64,000 nt of DNA. Source: Fistulifera solaris (taxonomy: Eukaryota). The stretch lies in the NCBI GenBank assembly GCA_030295235.1, contig AP026124.1, positions 186,001-250,000 of the forward strand, written 5' to 3'. Under the pieces are notes generated by a model. That model was not told the origin of the DNA and did no database searches. It was given only the letters and a program-made list of their open reading frames with translations. Shown here in pieces: positions 49,053-61,535 of the stretch (position 1 is the stretch's first letter; each line of letters starts with the position of its first letter). A program made the position numbers and the translations under genes.

Positions 49053-49312
49053 GACATAGGTCCCGTTGGTGCATGCGAAAAGCAATCAAGCGAAATAGCT
49101 TTGTATCCCTTCTTGCTACGAACATGGGGTTCCTTGCGCTAATAGGATGATACAAATGGTAGATACAGTACCGATACATGATACTTGACCCGCACACCAA
49201 TTCGAAAGATGTATGTAAACTAAAAAATGGAATCGAATTTCGCTTCGTGTTGTAGGTGATTGAGAAGATTTGAAATCCTAAGTTATAACAAAAGATCAAA
49301 TTCTACTAAGAT

Positions 49313-52300
49313 CTAGAAAATTTCTTTCAAAGCGAACTCCTTTCCATTCTTTGCCGCTTCTTCGAAAGCTGCTTTGGAGCTCACGACTGCGATAGAAGGA
49401 TTGCTAAGCTTCTTGAGACGCTCAGCAAACTCCCTGAAGTCACTGGGTTTGGTGGCAAGAATTTCGTCGCGAATTCGTTGACGATGCTCTGGGCTTTCAT
49501 TGATAATCCATCGTTGAAACTGGGTACTACCTTTCTGGTCAGGGCTAAGGGCGCCATCCAAATCACCAATAGTACCAATGATAGCTGTGGCCAGTGCTTC
49601 CGGATCGTTCTCCAGTGTTTCTGCTACCGAGAGAAGATAATCGGCCGCAGCGTCGTACACGTCTAGCGTTTTGTGCAGATTGGGATCACGGTAACTCAAG
49701 AAAGAGAAGAAGCCGGAGAACGGGGAGAAGGTACAGAACCCACCGTAAGCACCTAATTATCGCAGTTAGCGACCACCTTTGAATCAAATGACAAGCAAAC
49801 AAATCAAACCTACCTCCCATGACGCGAACATGATCCCACAAATAACCTGTGCGCAAAAATCGTGACACGACCTGGGCGCTACCAGGCACTCGCTCTCCTT
49901 CTTTGAAAAGCAAACCCGCCTTGCCTACATATGAAACCTGAGTGGGAACGATGAAGCCCTCGCTCGTTTCTAAGGAAAGATCTGCCATGCGTTTCTTCGC
50001 CTCTGGAACCCAAGGATGAACTTCTTTGTAGAAGTCGATCAGTTTCTCACCGTTGGCATCGCCAGGAAGCGTGTCAAGGAAGCTGTCGAGCGAAGGTTTG
50101 ATGGAATCCAACACTTTCTTCTCACCGGTAATATCGACCAGCATTCCGCTTCGACACGTTCTTTCATTAAGAATCGTTTTGCGTAAATTCTCGAAGCGAT
50201 TGAGCAACGCGGGCCAGTCGTCTTCAGCTAACTTAATCAAACTCTTGACAGTGTTAAGATACGACACACCACCGGTAATCTCGTCAACGTATCCTCCTAC
50301 TCGATAACGTGCTTTCATTCTAGTATTGGCAACTGAATGACCCGATCTCTGCGCGCTGGATTCCAAGCGAGATCTAGACTCTTTGAGTAGCTCGATAACC
50401 TTCGCCTTCGAATCCAGACGTGCGTCCGTTAGCATAAGATTGAATAGGAAAACAACTTATCAATCTTTTCGCTAGTAGCTTTTCCAGAGATGACGATTTT
50501 TGTTTGCATATTTTCTCCTGACGCAGATAGGCTTTCGTCTGCGCCTCTGGGGTAGACCGCAGTAGTCATAAGACCAACACTAATACCACCCGTATGAGTT
50601 CCTAAACAAAGAGAACAATTCGTAAGTCTTAATCTGCCTGAGTAATTTATGAAATCCATCAGCAGTTCAACTTACCGATTTCTCTACTTAGCTGAACAGA
50701 GTCGTAATCTCCGGCTCCGGTCTCTTTCATTAGTTTAGTAAAAATTGGAAGAAGAGGAACTTCATCGAGAGAAAGAGACGATAAGTCAACCGACAAGCTC
50801 ACGTATGCGATCCCAGAGGTAGATACAAGCTCATGTCGAACCACGGTCACGCCCGAACCATTTTCGTTTTCGGAAACAGCAATCGGGTATTCCGCTTGTT
50901 CACGTTTCAAGTCACTGAGTTCCAAACTTGGAATAGTTGCGCGGTCTTCCGGAGAATCGTCGGCGCTCTGAAGAGCGAGAAGCTTGTTTGTTTCTTCAAT
51001 GATCTTGTCAAGATCATCGTTTGACAGCGATTCCTTAATGGACGACAGTCGACGTTTTTCATCTTCAGCCTGCTCTTCTTCGAGAGTCTTTGATGGTGCC
51101 AACTCAACTGTAGTGCGATGCATGTTCTCAACTAACATTTCCTTCACCATGTCCTGAAAAATTTTCGACCCGGATTTTGCAATCTCATCTTTGAGTTGCT
51201 GCAATGGCTCTTCAAATTTCAAAGCATCGGTTGGCGATTCCTCGTACAACCATTTGCTCATGGACCCAAGCATGAAACTCAGTCCCTTAGGAAACGAACC
51301 AGTATTGAATTCACGAAGACTGAATTCAATGGTGTTCAAGGATGAAGCGATGTCATCCTCCGTGAAACCTTCCTCCGATACTTTTCGCAACGTGTCGAGA
51401 ATCAAATCTTCGACTTTCGACACATCGTCTTTGGCGACTCCCTTAAGACCAATCATGAAAACAGCTTGTAGCAATTCATCCGACAGACCACCTCCGGTAA
51501 TCGCATCACCTAATCCACTTTCCATCAGCGTCTTGCGCAGTACGGACGACGTCGTTCCCGTCAACAAATGATCTAAAACTCCCAAGGTAAGTTCTTCTAG
51601 AGCACTCAACGGACGGTCGTTCAACAACCAATTGATCGAAAGAGAATGTGTTTCTGGCTGATCCCCGCCTGCCGGATAATACTCGACGGTTCGTTGGGGC
51701 TCTGTATATCGTTTTGGCTGCCATTCAATACGACTATCATCAACCGTTTCCGGAGCAGCGTCAAACTCCCGGAGGTATTCATCCATCAGTTCCAGTCGCT
51801 GAAGAACGTCATCGTCTCCGGAAAAGTAGATACGCGAGTTGGATGGGTGGTAGAATCGACTGTGAAAATCGACAAACTGATCAAAGGTCAGATTCGGAAT
51901 CACGGTGGGGTCACCGCCACTATCGACAGCGTAGGTGTTGTCGGGGAAGATCGATCGCTGTGCCGAGCGCATCAACAATGAATCGGGAGACGAATAGACA
52001 CCCTTCATTTCGTTGTACACAACACCCTTGTAAACCAAGGGCTCCTCTTTGTCTTGCAATTCAAGATGATGGCCTTCCTGCGCCAAGACCATGGGATCCT
52101 TGATGGCCCTTGGATGAAAGACAGCATCGGCGTAAACATTGATGAGATTGTAAAAATCTTTGGTGTTTTGACTCGCTACGACGTAGCAAGTGCGATCGGG
52201 GTAAGTAAAAGCGTTCAAAAACGTCTGCAAAGAACCTTTGAGTAAATGCACAAAGGGTCTTTCGTCGTATATTTCCGACTTCCACACAAAACAGAATGCT

Positions 52301-52748
52301 CCAAAATGTGAGCGATCCCAGTTCCATCTTCTGGGGGTGTTCGCAAGGTGATACCGAACACTTTGTTATCATCCTCCGTCGAAACCGACAACAATTGCGC
52401 TCCGCTCTTCTTGTGGCGATACAAGGAGCAGTAAGCTCCGTACTCGGTCACCACATCGCGTTTCAGCACTTCATATGCAGGATGCGTCACCTCGAGAGTC
52501 TTGGCGAGTTTGTCCGTCGCCAACTCGGTTTCATCGGCGACACTCGCCCGTAAAATAGAGAGTTCTCGCTTGAGAGCACCGCCTCTTTGAAAGGGACGAG
52601 CAAAAATGTGCTGCGTTGGTTTGGCCGGAGTAACGGACGAGAAGGCGGACACCGCCCAAAGTGCACTTCGTCGTCGACAAGCGATACCGAACACAGCAAT
52701 CATGGTGGTGACGGCCAAGCTGTTAAAACGCAAGATCCGAGTGTACAT
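49313..52748 (-). CDS. PREP: Presequence protease (PreP, peptidase M16C), multi-exon
   Basis: GIAHILEHSVLCGS inverted zinc motif, LNAFTYPDRTCY, KGVVYNEMKG, VRVMGGAYGG, SYRDPN; 2 introns, 2 indels. Confidence 0.95.
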
Positions 52749-53301
52749 GAATTCGAACTATAATGTACTAATGATGCTTTCTCGGCAACAAGATGATGCA
52801 ACGTAGCAAATATCTCTTTTCGTTTCGATCAATGTCAATCGATTGTTGGGCAAAGTTAGATGAAATAAATGCCACGAGATATATATTGCGCTGATGCCGT
52901 TCACGGAAGAATTGTCTTTCCGATAGATCTGATTCGATTGTTGTGGAATTTTCGTTGTCGTCAGCACAACTGTTTCTTCATGACAGCAATACGATTCGAA
53001 CAGCAGGCGGAAAAAAAACGGATGACGAAGCAACACCTCACTCATCGCATGCTTTTGCGCGTGTTTCACGGTGCGACCAGGTACACAAGTTCTCATACTG
53101 AATCCAACCAATGAAAGCAACCTTAACCTTAGCTACTAAAGGTACCATACAAAGTAGAGACTTTCGTATCAAAAGGTACAGAGAATACCACAGACCTCAA
53201 GCTAATCATTGATATCATATAATACGGGAGTAGTCGAGTGATCGTCCATTTTATATGAAGGTCTTACTGTAATGTTCGCTCAATCGACTCGAAACGCTCG
53301 A

Positions 53302-54894
53302 TTATCGCCGATTCAAGCGTCGACTCGCGGATGTTGACTTCTTCTTCGGCGTCGCGGGAGTTATTCCAGCGGGAGATGCGAAGCCCAGGCCACTAGGAGC
53401 GGGTGCTGTAGCGTTGCTGGCCCCGAACGTAGACGAAGTTGCACCAGCGAACAGAGCCGGTGCGGGAGATGGTCCCGACGCAGTAGGTGCAGGAGTTGAC
53501 CCACTGAACGAAAATGCCGTAGTACCCGACGTGGACGGTGCTGATGCAGTTGTCGTAGTAGAAGCAGAAAAGGCACTGGGCGCTGGAGCGGTAGAAGAAA
53601 AGCCAAAGCTTGACGTGGCTGGTGCCGGTGCCGCGGATGATGATGCTGTTGCAGGAGCCGGCGTCTGAGCGGATTGCAAATATGCTCGGCGAAGTCGCTC
53701 ATTGACTCGCTGCTGTCGATCGATTTCTTCCTTCCTCGCCTTTTCCAACACATTCTGCCCCGGTCGTTCATACAGTTGGTATTTATGGCGGATTTCATTG
53801 ACGGCCGAGTTCAAACGCGCTAAACGATCCCCCATGGACCAAATCGCCCGATGCTGTTCTTCGACAACAACAGCAACATGGATGGCAGATCCCGAAGGAC
53901 GGGTTCGTATGTGATCAATCTGATGCCGAGCTAATGAGAGCTGATCCTGTAAATCCAAAATACGGCGCTGAAAATCATCGAGGCATTGCCAGAAGTATGG
54001 ACTTGGCATTCGCTCAATACGATCGACATGCAGCGTTGCTTGATCAAGTAGTTCACCCAGACGAATGCTGATATCGGTGTCCTCATTTTGATTCGCGTTA
54101 GCAGTGACTTCTCCGTCCTTTTTCTCCTCATTCGCAATTGTTCTCGTCGTTGACAAGGAAATGCCATGGCGAACGGCATTCGCCTCTAACGGCCACTTGG
54201 CAAACGTGTAAGCCGCAGCAGCATTTTCTTCCGCTGTTGATTTCTGCTTTACGGCAAAAACATTCGTCTGAGCAAGTTCCTGCTGGAGTCGATTGAGCTC
54301 TTTTGTAACTTGTTCCACTTGTAGTTGTAGTTGCGACTTTGGTGTTTCTTGCATCGTTGGTTGTGCGTTGTGACTGCTCGGCACTTGCAACGCTGCAGGG
54401 CCCGTCGACTGTACTTGCAGCAAGGTCCGTTTGTGCTCCATCATACTGTTATATATCTTATCAATGGCGGCTTTGTATTGTGGGGATAAGTCCGCATACA
54501 ACGTACTGCCCTTGATTAGTGGAGTAGGTTGTTGCGCGGCCGGCTGGAGTGACCCAAAGGGAGCTGGTGCAGTACTGGGAGTAGAACCGAATAATGCTCC
54601 TCCTGAACCGAGTCCTCCGGAAGGAGCAGCGCCAAAAGCGGGTGCTGGAGTACTACCAAATGCTGGAGCTGGAGTGGACCCAAAGGAAGTAGCCGCAGAG
54701 GAACCGAATAGACTAGTGGGAGCCGGAGCAGACCCAAATGCTGTAGCAGGAGCCGGAGTCGATCCGAACGAAGTTGTAGACGAACCCGATGCACCAAAAG
54801 CAAAGGAAGGAGCAGGTGTGTTTGAGGAAGAGCCAAACGAAAACCCACCTCCGGAAGGAGCGGGTGTCGGAGCTGCACCGAAAGAGAAAGCCAT
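53302..54894 (-). CDS. FG-repeat nucleoporin, Nup58-like
   Basis: N- and C-terminal FG/FSFG repeats flanking a coiled-coil core with a PSPYF motif. Confidence 0.75.
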   Translation of the reverse strand: MAFSFGAAPTPAPSGGGFSFGSSSNTPAPSFAFGASGSSTTSFGSTPAPATAFGSAPAPTSLFGSSAATSFGSTPAPAFGSTPAPAFGAAPSGGLGSGGALFGSTPSTAPAPFGSLQPAAQQPTPLIKGSTLYADLSPQYKAAIDKIYNSMMEHKRTLLQVQSTGPAALQVPSSHNAQPTMQETPKSQLQLQVEQVTKELNRLQQELAQTNVFAVKQKSTAEENAAAAYTFAKWPLEANAVRHGISLSTTRTIANEEKKDGEVTANANQNEDTDISIRLGELLDQATLHVDRIERMPSPYFWQCLDDFQRRILDLQDQLSLARHQIDHIRTRPSGSAIHVAVVVEEQHRAIWSMGDRLARLNSAVNEIRHKYQLYERPGQNVLEKARKEEIDRQQRVNERLRRAYLQSAQTPAPATASSSAAPAPATSSFGFSSTAPAPSAFSASTTTTASAPSTSGTTAFSFSGSTPAPTASGPSPAPALFAGATSSTFGASNATAPAPSGLGFASPAGITPATPKKKSTSASRRLNRR

Positions 54895-55845
54895 AATGAG
54901 GGATGCTGAATTAGAAGTGCCGCTTCACTGACGGATTCTAAAGCTTAATTGTTCTTAATTTGGGGTTTGAGTGGCTCGTACACGAAGGAAATGCAGCTAC
55001 CGGTACCCCTACCGGTATTTTGCGCATCACAATAAAAATGTTCGAGTTTATTGCAGCCACAACAAACAATATTTAACGGCGGACGGCAAAGCGGACACTA
55101 TAACGTAGAAAGTACTCTTGACATTTCCACCACGATTGAATTTCAGTCCCTGAACGGATGTTTATCATTGAATCGACGTCTGGTCGCTTTCGTTGGCATC
55201 CAAAATTTCAGAAATACAATAACTATGCTCCGTTATTTTTGATAGGTACATCTGCATAGAATTTATCAATCGTCTACGTTCCAAAAGCTCAAAAACTTTG
55301 CGTTTCATGGACACTATGGTTTCCAGGCCACGAATGAATTTCAGTCATGAGCAATGAACGATTTCTTTTTCTCAAGTGAGTCGACGTGCAACCGTTCTCT
55401 TCGGTTTTACTGTATAATGGTATCATGATACTAACAATAAGAGGAAATTCAATTTCAGTGCATTTAACAGTCGTTTACTTCGGAACAATCCTGGATCACA
55501 TGTGTTAAGATTTTACTAAAGCCCAAAGTGTAGGCGACCTTTTGATGTCGTACAGGTATGTTCTTCCTATGTGTAAATTACATGCCGGAGTAAGGTTTCG
55601 CGAAACTCGCAATGTTTTAGCAACGCTTCAAAAATAATGACAAGACAGAATGAGGTGATTGTGGCGCACCTCTTTCATCTATTTATTTGTCATCCATCTT
55701 TTATCAAAACGTTCTTGAAGGCCTATTTTGCAACACACGAATTTGTCACTTGCTGTACTGGAGATTGGAAGGAGTTAAACGTCAATCTACTTAGGCTGCA
55801 TTATTATTATTTTATAGCACAGCCACGTTTTCAGCACAATTCACT

Positions 55846-58124
55846 ATGCAAGCTCCGCAACCAATGGACATTGATCCTATTGACGATGGTCCCAGATCAT
55901 TGTCAAGTCCGAACGGTAGTTCATCCGACAGGTCAAACAATTTTCAGGTGATAACGCTGCCGGTAACGATTTCGAAGGAAGAGGACGCCAGGAAAGCTAT
56001 TGATATGTTGCGCAGTGAAGACTCGACTGCTCGTGTTTCTGCTGCGCATCGTCTCGACTCGATCGCGTCTGTTTTAGGCCCGGAAAGAACTAGACATGTA
56101 AGTCGCCTTTTCTCCGCTACACAACCGTTCTCTGTTCATATTGTTCTCTTTCTCACATTGGTTTTGTTATCAAGGAGTTGTTACCATTCGTCACCGATGG
56201 AGTGGACGACGAAGATGAGGTACTACTAGCACTGGCCTCGTCATTGGGGAGAATGGTGACTCAGGTTGGAGGTCCGACACAGGCTCATACTCTTCTGCGT
56301 CCCTTGGAGTTACTGCTTACTGTAGAAGAGACGCTAGTTCGGGAAACAGCAACATCATCCGTTCAATCGATTGCTGACCAGCTGCCGCCACAATATTTTC
56401 AGCATGACTATGCTGATATGCTTCGTCGTTTGGCATTACAGGAATGGTTCACAGCACGTATTTCTTCCGCGTGCTTGATCGCGACTGCACACACCCGATT
56501 GGTAGACCCTGAACAGCGAAAGGAACACGTTGATCTTTTTGTACGTCTTTGTAATGATGACACGCCTATGGTACGGCGTGTCGCAGCTCGACACTTGGGA
56601 TCAATGTTACAAGCAGTAGTAGTAGCAGACGGAAGAGATGTGCTCAAACCAGGTGGGATTGCTGTCGAAAAACTAGTTCCTTTGTATGAAACATTTGCTG
56701 CCGCAGATCAACCTGACTCGGTGAGGCTACAAACAGCAGAAAATTGCGTGGCGTTTGGCATTATTATCTCGTCGCTAAGCCGTCAACAAGGTCGGAGAGA
56801 ACCGCTGCGTGATAACGAAATTGCGCTATTGCAGCGCATTCTTCCACTCATTGTTGCTACGATTGATGATCGATCATGGCGTGTTCGGTGGACTGCTGCC
56901 GCAAAATTTGCTGCAGTAATAACTGCCTATGATGATTTGCCGGACGTTACCGATGTTATGGATACACTCATTCCTGCTTATGAAAAGCTGCTTCAAGATC
57001 CCGAAGCAGAGGTGCGAACAGCTGCAGCATTAAATTTAGCAGATGTAGCACGATGTAAAGCTCGTGTGCCGATGGGAAATGCAACTACGTTAAATAGAGC
57101 ATCCGATAGTTCAAACGAAGATACGTCTGGTCCACGTGTAACCGTGGCCGAGCGTTTGGTAAAACGTCTGACCAGTTTAACGGAAGACGATAGCGAGCAT
57201 GTGCGAGCTGCTGTGGCAATGGTTGCTACCGGCCTTGCTCCGGTGCTGGGCCGCGATGCGACTATTATGCACCTTGTTCCGCCTGTACTACTAATGATAC
57301 GCGATGCTGCTTCAGAAGTGCGATTGAACCTGATCTCGTCGTTGGCCGCCTTGAATGAAGTCATCGGAGTCGACTTGCTGTCGCAGTCATTGCTGCCGGC
57401 AATTTTGGATCTAGCTCAAGACGGAAAGTGGAGAATTCGTTTAGCCATCATTGAAAATATTCCTTTGCTGGCCGGGCAGCTTGGAAAGGAATTTTTACAG
57501 AAAGACTAGCTGGTCTTTGCGTGGACTGGCTTGGTGATGATATTGCTACGATTAGAAAAGCAGCTGCGAAGAATCTTGAGGTATGTTCCATTCCCTAGCC
57601 TTTTTTCTTTTCTGGGTTATGGTCTCTGCTCACTTCTTCATGTTACTACTTGTAGGAGTTAACAGCCCTGTTTGGCACAAAGTGGGCACTAGAACATCTT
57701 GTTCCGCCCATTCAGGAATTTCTTGGGAGTGAGCTTTACTTGCGCAGATTAACAGCTTTACAGGCAATCTCTCTGATGGCAACTAAGATGAGCCAAGACA
57801 CGGCGCGGAATGAAATTCTACCCACAATTTTAGACATGGCTTTAGATCGGGTACGTTTTCTGTAATTTTATCTTCTTATCAGTTTTACACCACATGCGAT
57901 CGCCGCGCTAACGTCAATGAGTTTTGCAGGTCGCAAATATTCGTTTCACTGTTGCCAGAGAGCTTGAACGAATCTCGCCGCATTGCGGGGTTTCTACTTA
58001 TGAATCACAAATTGTCCCTGTGCTGACCGTACTTATGGATGACGAGGATCGCGATGTCCGCTTCTACGCCGAATCAACTGCCACTTCTTTGGAAGAACTG
58101 CTGGCCCAAAGTGAAAGTTCGTGA
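55846..58124 (+). CDS. PPP2R1A: Protein phosphatase 2A scaffold subunit A (HEAT repeats), 4 exons
   Basis: LGPERTR|ELLPF, DDEDEVLLALA, DDTPMVRRVAA, DRSWRVR, DGKWRIR, DEDRDVRFYA; introns 56098-56173, 57580-57656 and 57851-57929. Confidence 0.93.
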
Positions 58125-58408
58125 CGTAATCTTAGAAATAACTTGTGAATTTGCAAATATTCTAGGAGGCTTCAAAATTATTGTCCTATGGTTACACTGA
58201 TAGGATCGTCAGAGATGCAACATGCCGCTTCTAACGTCACACACACATCACATATAAATGGCAATTCTGCGAGAACCAGTAGGCTCTTCAGACGACAAGA
58301 TCTGAGTTCATTGTGGCAGGGTCAAATGAACTGTCTTTCCTAGACAGAATAGCAGGATTTAGTACGATAAGAACAACTAGATTGTGATCAGACAGGAACA
58401 GAAAATCA

Positions 58409-60666
58409 CCTACCTTTTTCCAGAAACTAGTGCCGCATCATCGTCAACAATAGGAGCGTCCATTAGATCGAAAACTTCATTGGTCGAAAGACGATCAGAA
58501 TACGTTAAAGTTGTCGGCCTTTCCACTCCCCCCGAACTTAGATGATAGCTCCCCTAAATCAAGTGCGCTTTCTAGTTGCACATCACTCTTCATGAGAAAG
58601 TCGTCATCAAAAACGTCCAAAGCTAACGCCTCAATAGTGGTCGAACGTCCTGATTTTAAAAGAGGCTCGGGTCTCGTCATCAAATCCATGGCAATTTCAT
58701 CCAGCGTGCTTATCCTTGCCGTCGTCGATATAGGCTTAGGCTTCACCGTCGTTTCTGGTCCCAATGTGCTCTGCTCAAAGTTGCTGCTCAAGAGATGCAT
58801 TTCCTGTTCAAATTGCTCCGGATCTGTTCTCTTCGTAAAACCAGGGATATACTGCTCTTTGAGACGGTTTGCAGCCGCACTACTGTCTCGGTTCAAGGCA
58901 CATCGCTTCACAGAAGGACCTTGCAAACCGGGCTTTGTTTCTAACGTTTCATTTTGATTAGAAGTAGCGCGTTTGACCAAATCAGGTCTAGGAGCACCAG
59001 CCCGTCTTTGATTATCAGTCGAAAGGCCTGGTAAAGTCGGGGGCCACCAACGCCATCGCCTGAGCTGTTGGACCAACTTCTTGCAATCTCCTCATCCGCC
59101 GGATTTCTAGCGGACCAAGTTGACGCAACCACAGGGTCGACCTCGTAGCGTGGAGAAGGGGGACCGCTACCAGGTGTACTACCGCGTGAATTCGGGGCAC
59201 CCTTGTTGTGTGTCTGGGTAGGAGATGGATATTGCACTAGTGAACTTCCACTGTAGTCACGAGCCGGCGCTGGATAACCGCCTTGAGGAGACTGAGGAGG
59301 TCCTCCACTATGATAGGGGTATGGAGGGTAGCCATTTGGGGGAGGCGGCCCCCAATGCCCGGGATACGCCCACGGCCCCGAGTATCCCCTAGATGCTTCG
59401 CGAAAGGTTGTATACGGAATCGGATGACCGAGGGATACGTGCGGGAGCGGATTTTGGCCTAAACTATGCTCTCGATCCCAACTAAAACCAGGTATAGAGC
59501 CCCAACTTTCGTACCGACCTCCTGATGCCATGTGCTGATACGCAGCCGGGGGAGGTGGAGGCGGCGGACCTACGCTCCCATAGCTTGGATAACGGTAACC
59601 GGGTGGATAAGCGCCAGGTGGCGGCGGGCCAAAGCTTCCCGTGCTGGTGATTCGTTCTTGTGACACGTCACCAGTAGATGTACTTCGAAAGGGATCCTGC
59701 CAGGAAAATCCTTCCAGCGCAATCTGTTCATTGGGTTTCAGATATTCACGACCAAGAGAATGGTCACGAGCAAGGACGGCTTTCGACGTGCCGCCTTTCT
59801 TTGCTCCATCATGTGACTTTGTTCCCTCCGCGAACTGAGTAGATTTCTCTTGCGCCTCGTCTTCATCCGTCTTAATCATAGTAAAGGCATTTGCAAAATT
59901 AGACCGCCGCGAAAAATGAAAATAAACACGATTGCTAACACCCGCTTACCGAGTCGCCTCGTTCCGCAGCTCTTCGCTCATGCTCGAGATGTTGTCGGAT
60001 CAATGGGGCTTTTTCACGTAGCGCTTGACTAGTCTTTTCTCTGGCTTTCTTATCCCCTACATCATTCCATTTCTTTGTCTTTTCGTCAAATTTCAAAAAT
60101 CGACCAGGAGGATCTTGATTTCTCCAAATACGGATGATATCCAAAGCCACCAAAGGTTTATCCAGGCGTTTACTATTAACATAATCGATTTTGCGATCTT
60201 CCACCATCTTGCGATATCGCTTATTGCCTACATGATGATTTGTGCCGCCTGAAATGCGAGTACAGAATGACATGAGCATTAATTGATCGAACCACAAGAG
60301 ATATCATCAAAACAAAATCAAATACTGACCCCCGCGTCCATAAAGAACATCATGATCGTGTACCTCGTCAACGTCTTTCAATGGATAATCTTTCCATCGT
60401 TCCTTCCTTTCCTTTTCTTCTTGAAGTCTCGCTTCTTCATCAACACCATCGTTCGCGACCGGAGGCCCCCCTTCATTTGTCTCTTCCATGTTGTCGTCTG
60501 TACTTTCCCCTTTACTCTCGTCAACACTTTCCGCTTCTCCACCCTCCAATGGTTCCCCTTTTATGTCGTCATTGGAAGTGACATCGGGTGTTATCGCTTG
60601 TTCGTCCTCCGCAGTTGTCAACGCATCGTCTTGAATGATAGAATCATCTTGGTTAGTATCCGACAT
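58409..60666 (-). CDS. DUF6824-type diatom protein with a long Pro-rich disordered tail; 3' end approximate
   Basis: DVLYGRGG|GTNHHVGNKRYR...PPGRFLK...AREKTSQALRE motif set; 2 introns plus indels at ~59020 and ~58530. Confidence 0.8.
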
Positions 60667-61535
60667 GGCGCGGCGATGTTGTGCGCGTGCACTCTTACTA
60701 AGTACAACCAGAAAGCGTGAAGTGTTTTTGATCCCAAGAAATGAGAGGTTATCCTCTTGGTCGTTTCTTTTGAAGGAAATGTTGGCTTGTAAGTTCGCTC
60801 GGGTTCTCTGAATTTAGACTTGAATAACGTTTTGTTTTTACTCGGTCACCTCCGTTCGTGCATTTTGTACGAGGCTTGAGTTGACTTGGAGAGAACTATC
60901 CGTCCGCAGAGCAGTGATCGTGTTTAGAAAACACGAAAGCGGACGACACAGATTACGATAGTGTTCAATACCGATTAGTCATTCTGCTTACGAATAAGAA
61001 CGCGCTGCAGTGGTCGAACTCGTCAAGTCGTGCTGAATTTTGATCCAAGAAAAAGATACGCCAGGTAACGTCAGCTTAACCGATCAATTTATGTACAATA
61101 TACCGGTACGACATGGAACTTACGGAAATTTCTGTCGTGTTTTGTTGATGGCTCCTTCTGTATGTATCAAAGTCTGCCGGGCAAGACTAGCTTGGTACTC
61201 CGAGTCTCACCCATGAATACCAGTAGGCCATCTTTTCATGACTGTTGTTCATCGTACCGGTACCTGTCCTCATCGTCTGTCCGGTGCTACAACTGCGAAT
61301 TGTTTTCCACGGATCCACGCGTGCTGCAAACTCCAGAAAGATGCGGGATGGCGATCATGTTGAGATGTTGGAGATCGGAGCAGTTAGAAGACGCAACAAC
61401 AACACGAGCAATAATTGATGGATGATAACATCAACATACTTAATATCGCCGTGAATAAAAAGCTTATCGCCATCTATTAGCTGTAACGCTGTTATTAAAA
61501 GCCCCTGAAAGAACACAATCGGATAGCTTAATAGC

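Noticed and set aside
3611..59030. Pseudogenes or programmed ribosomal frameshifting
   Set aside because: Breaks sit mostly at homopolymers, go in both directions and hit essential genes; sequencing error is far more parsimonious
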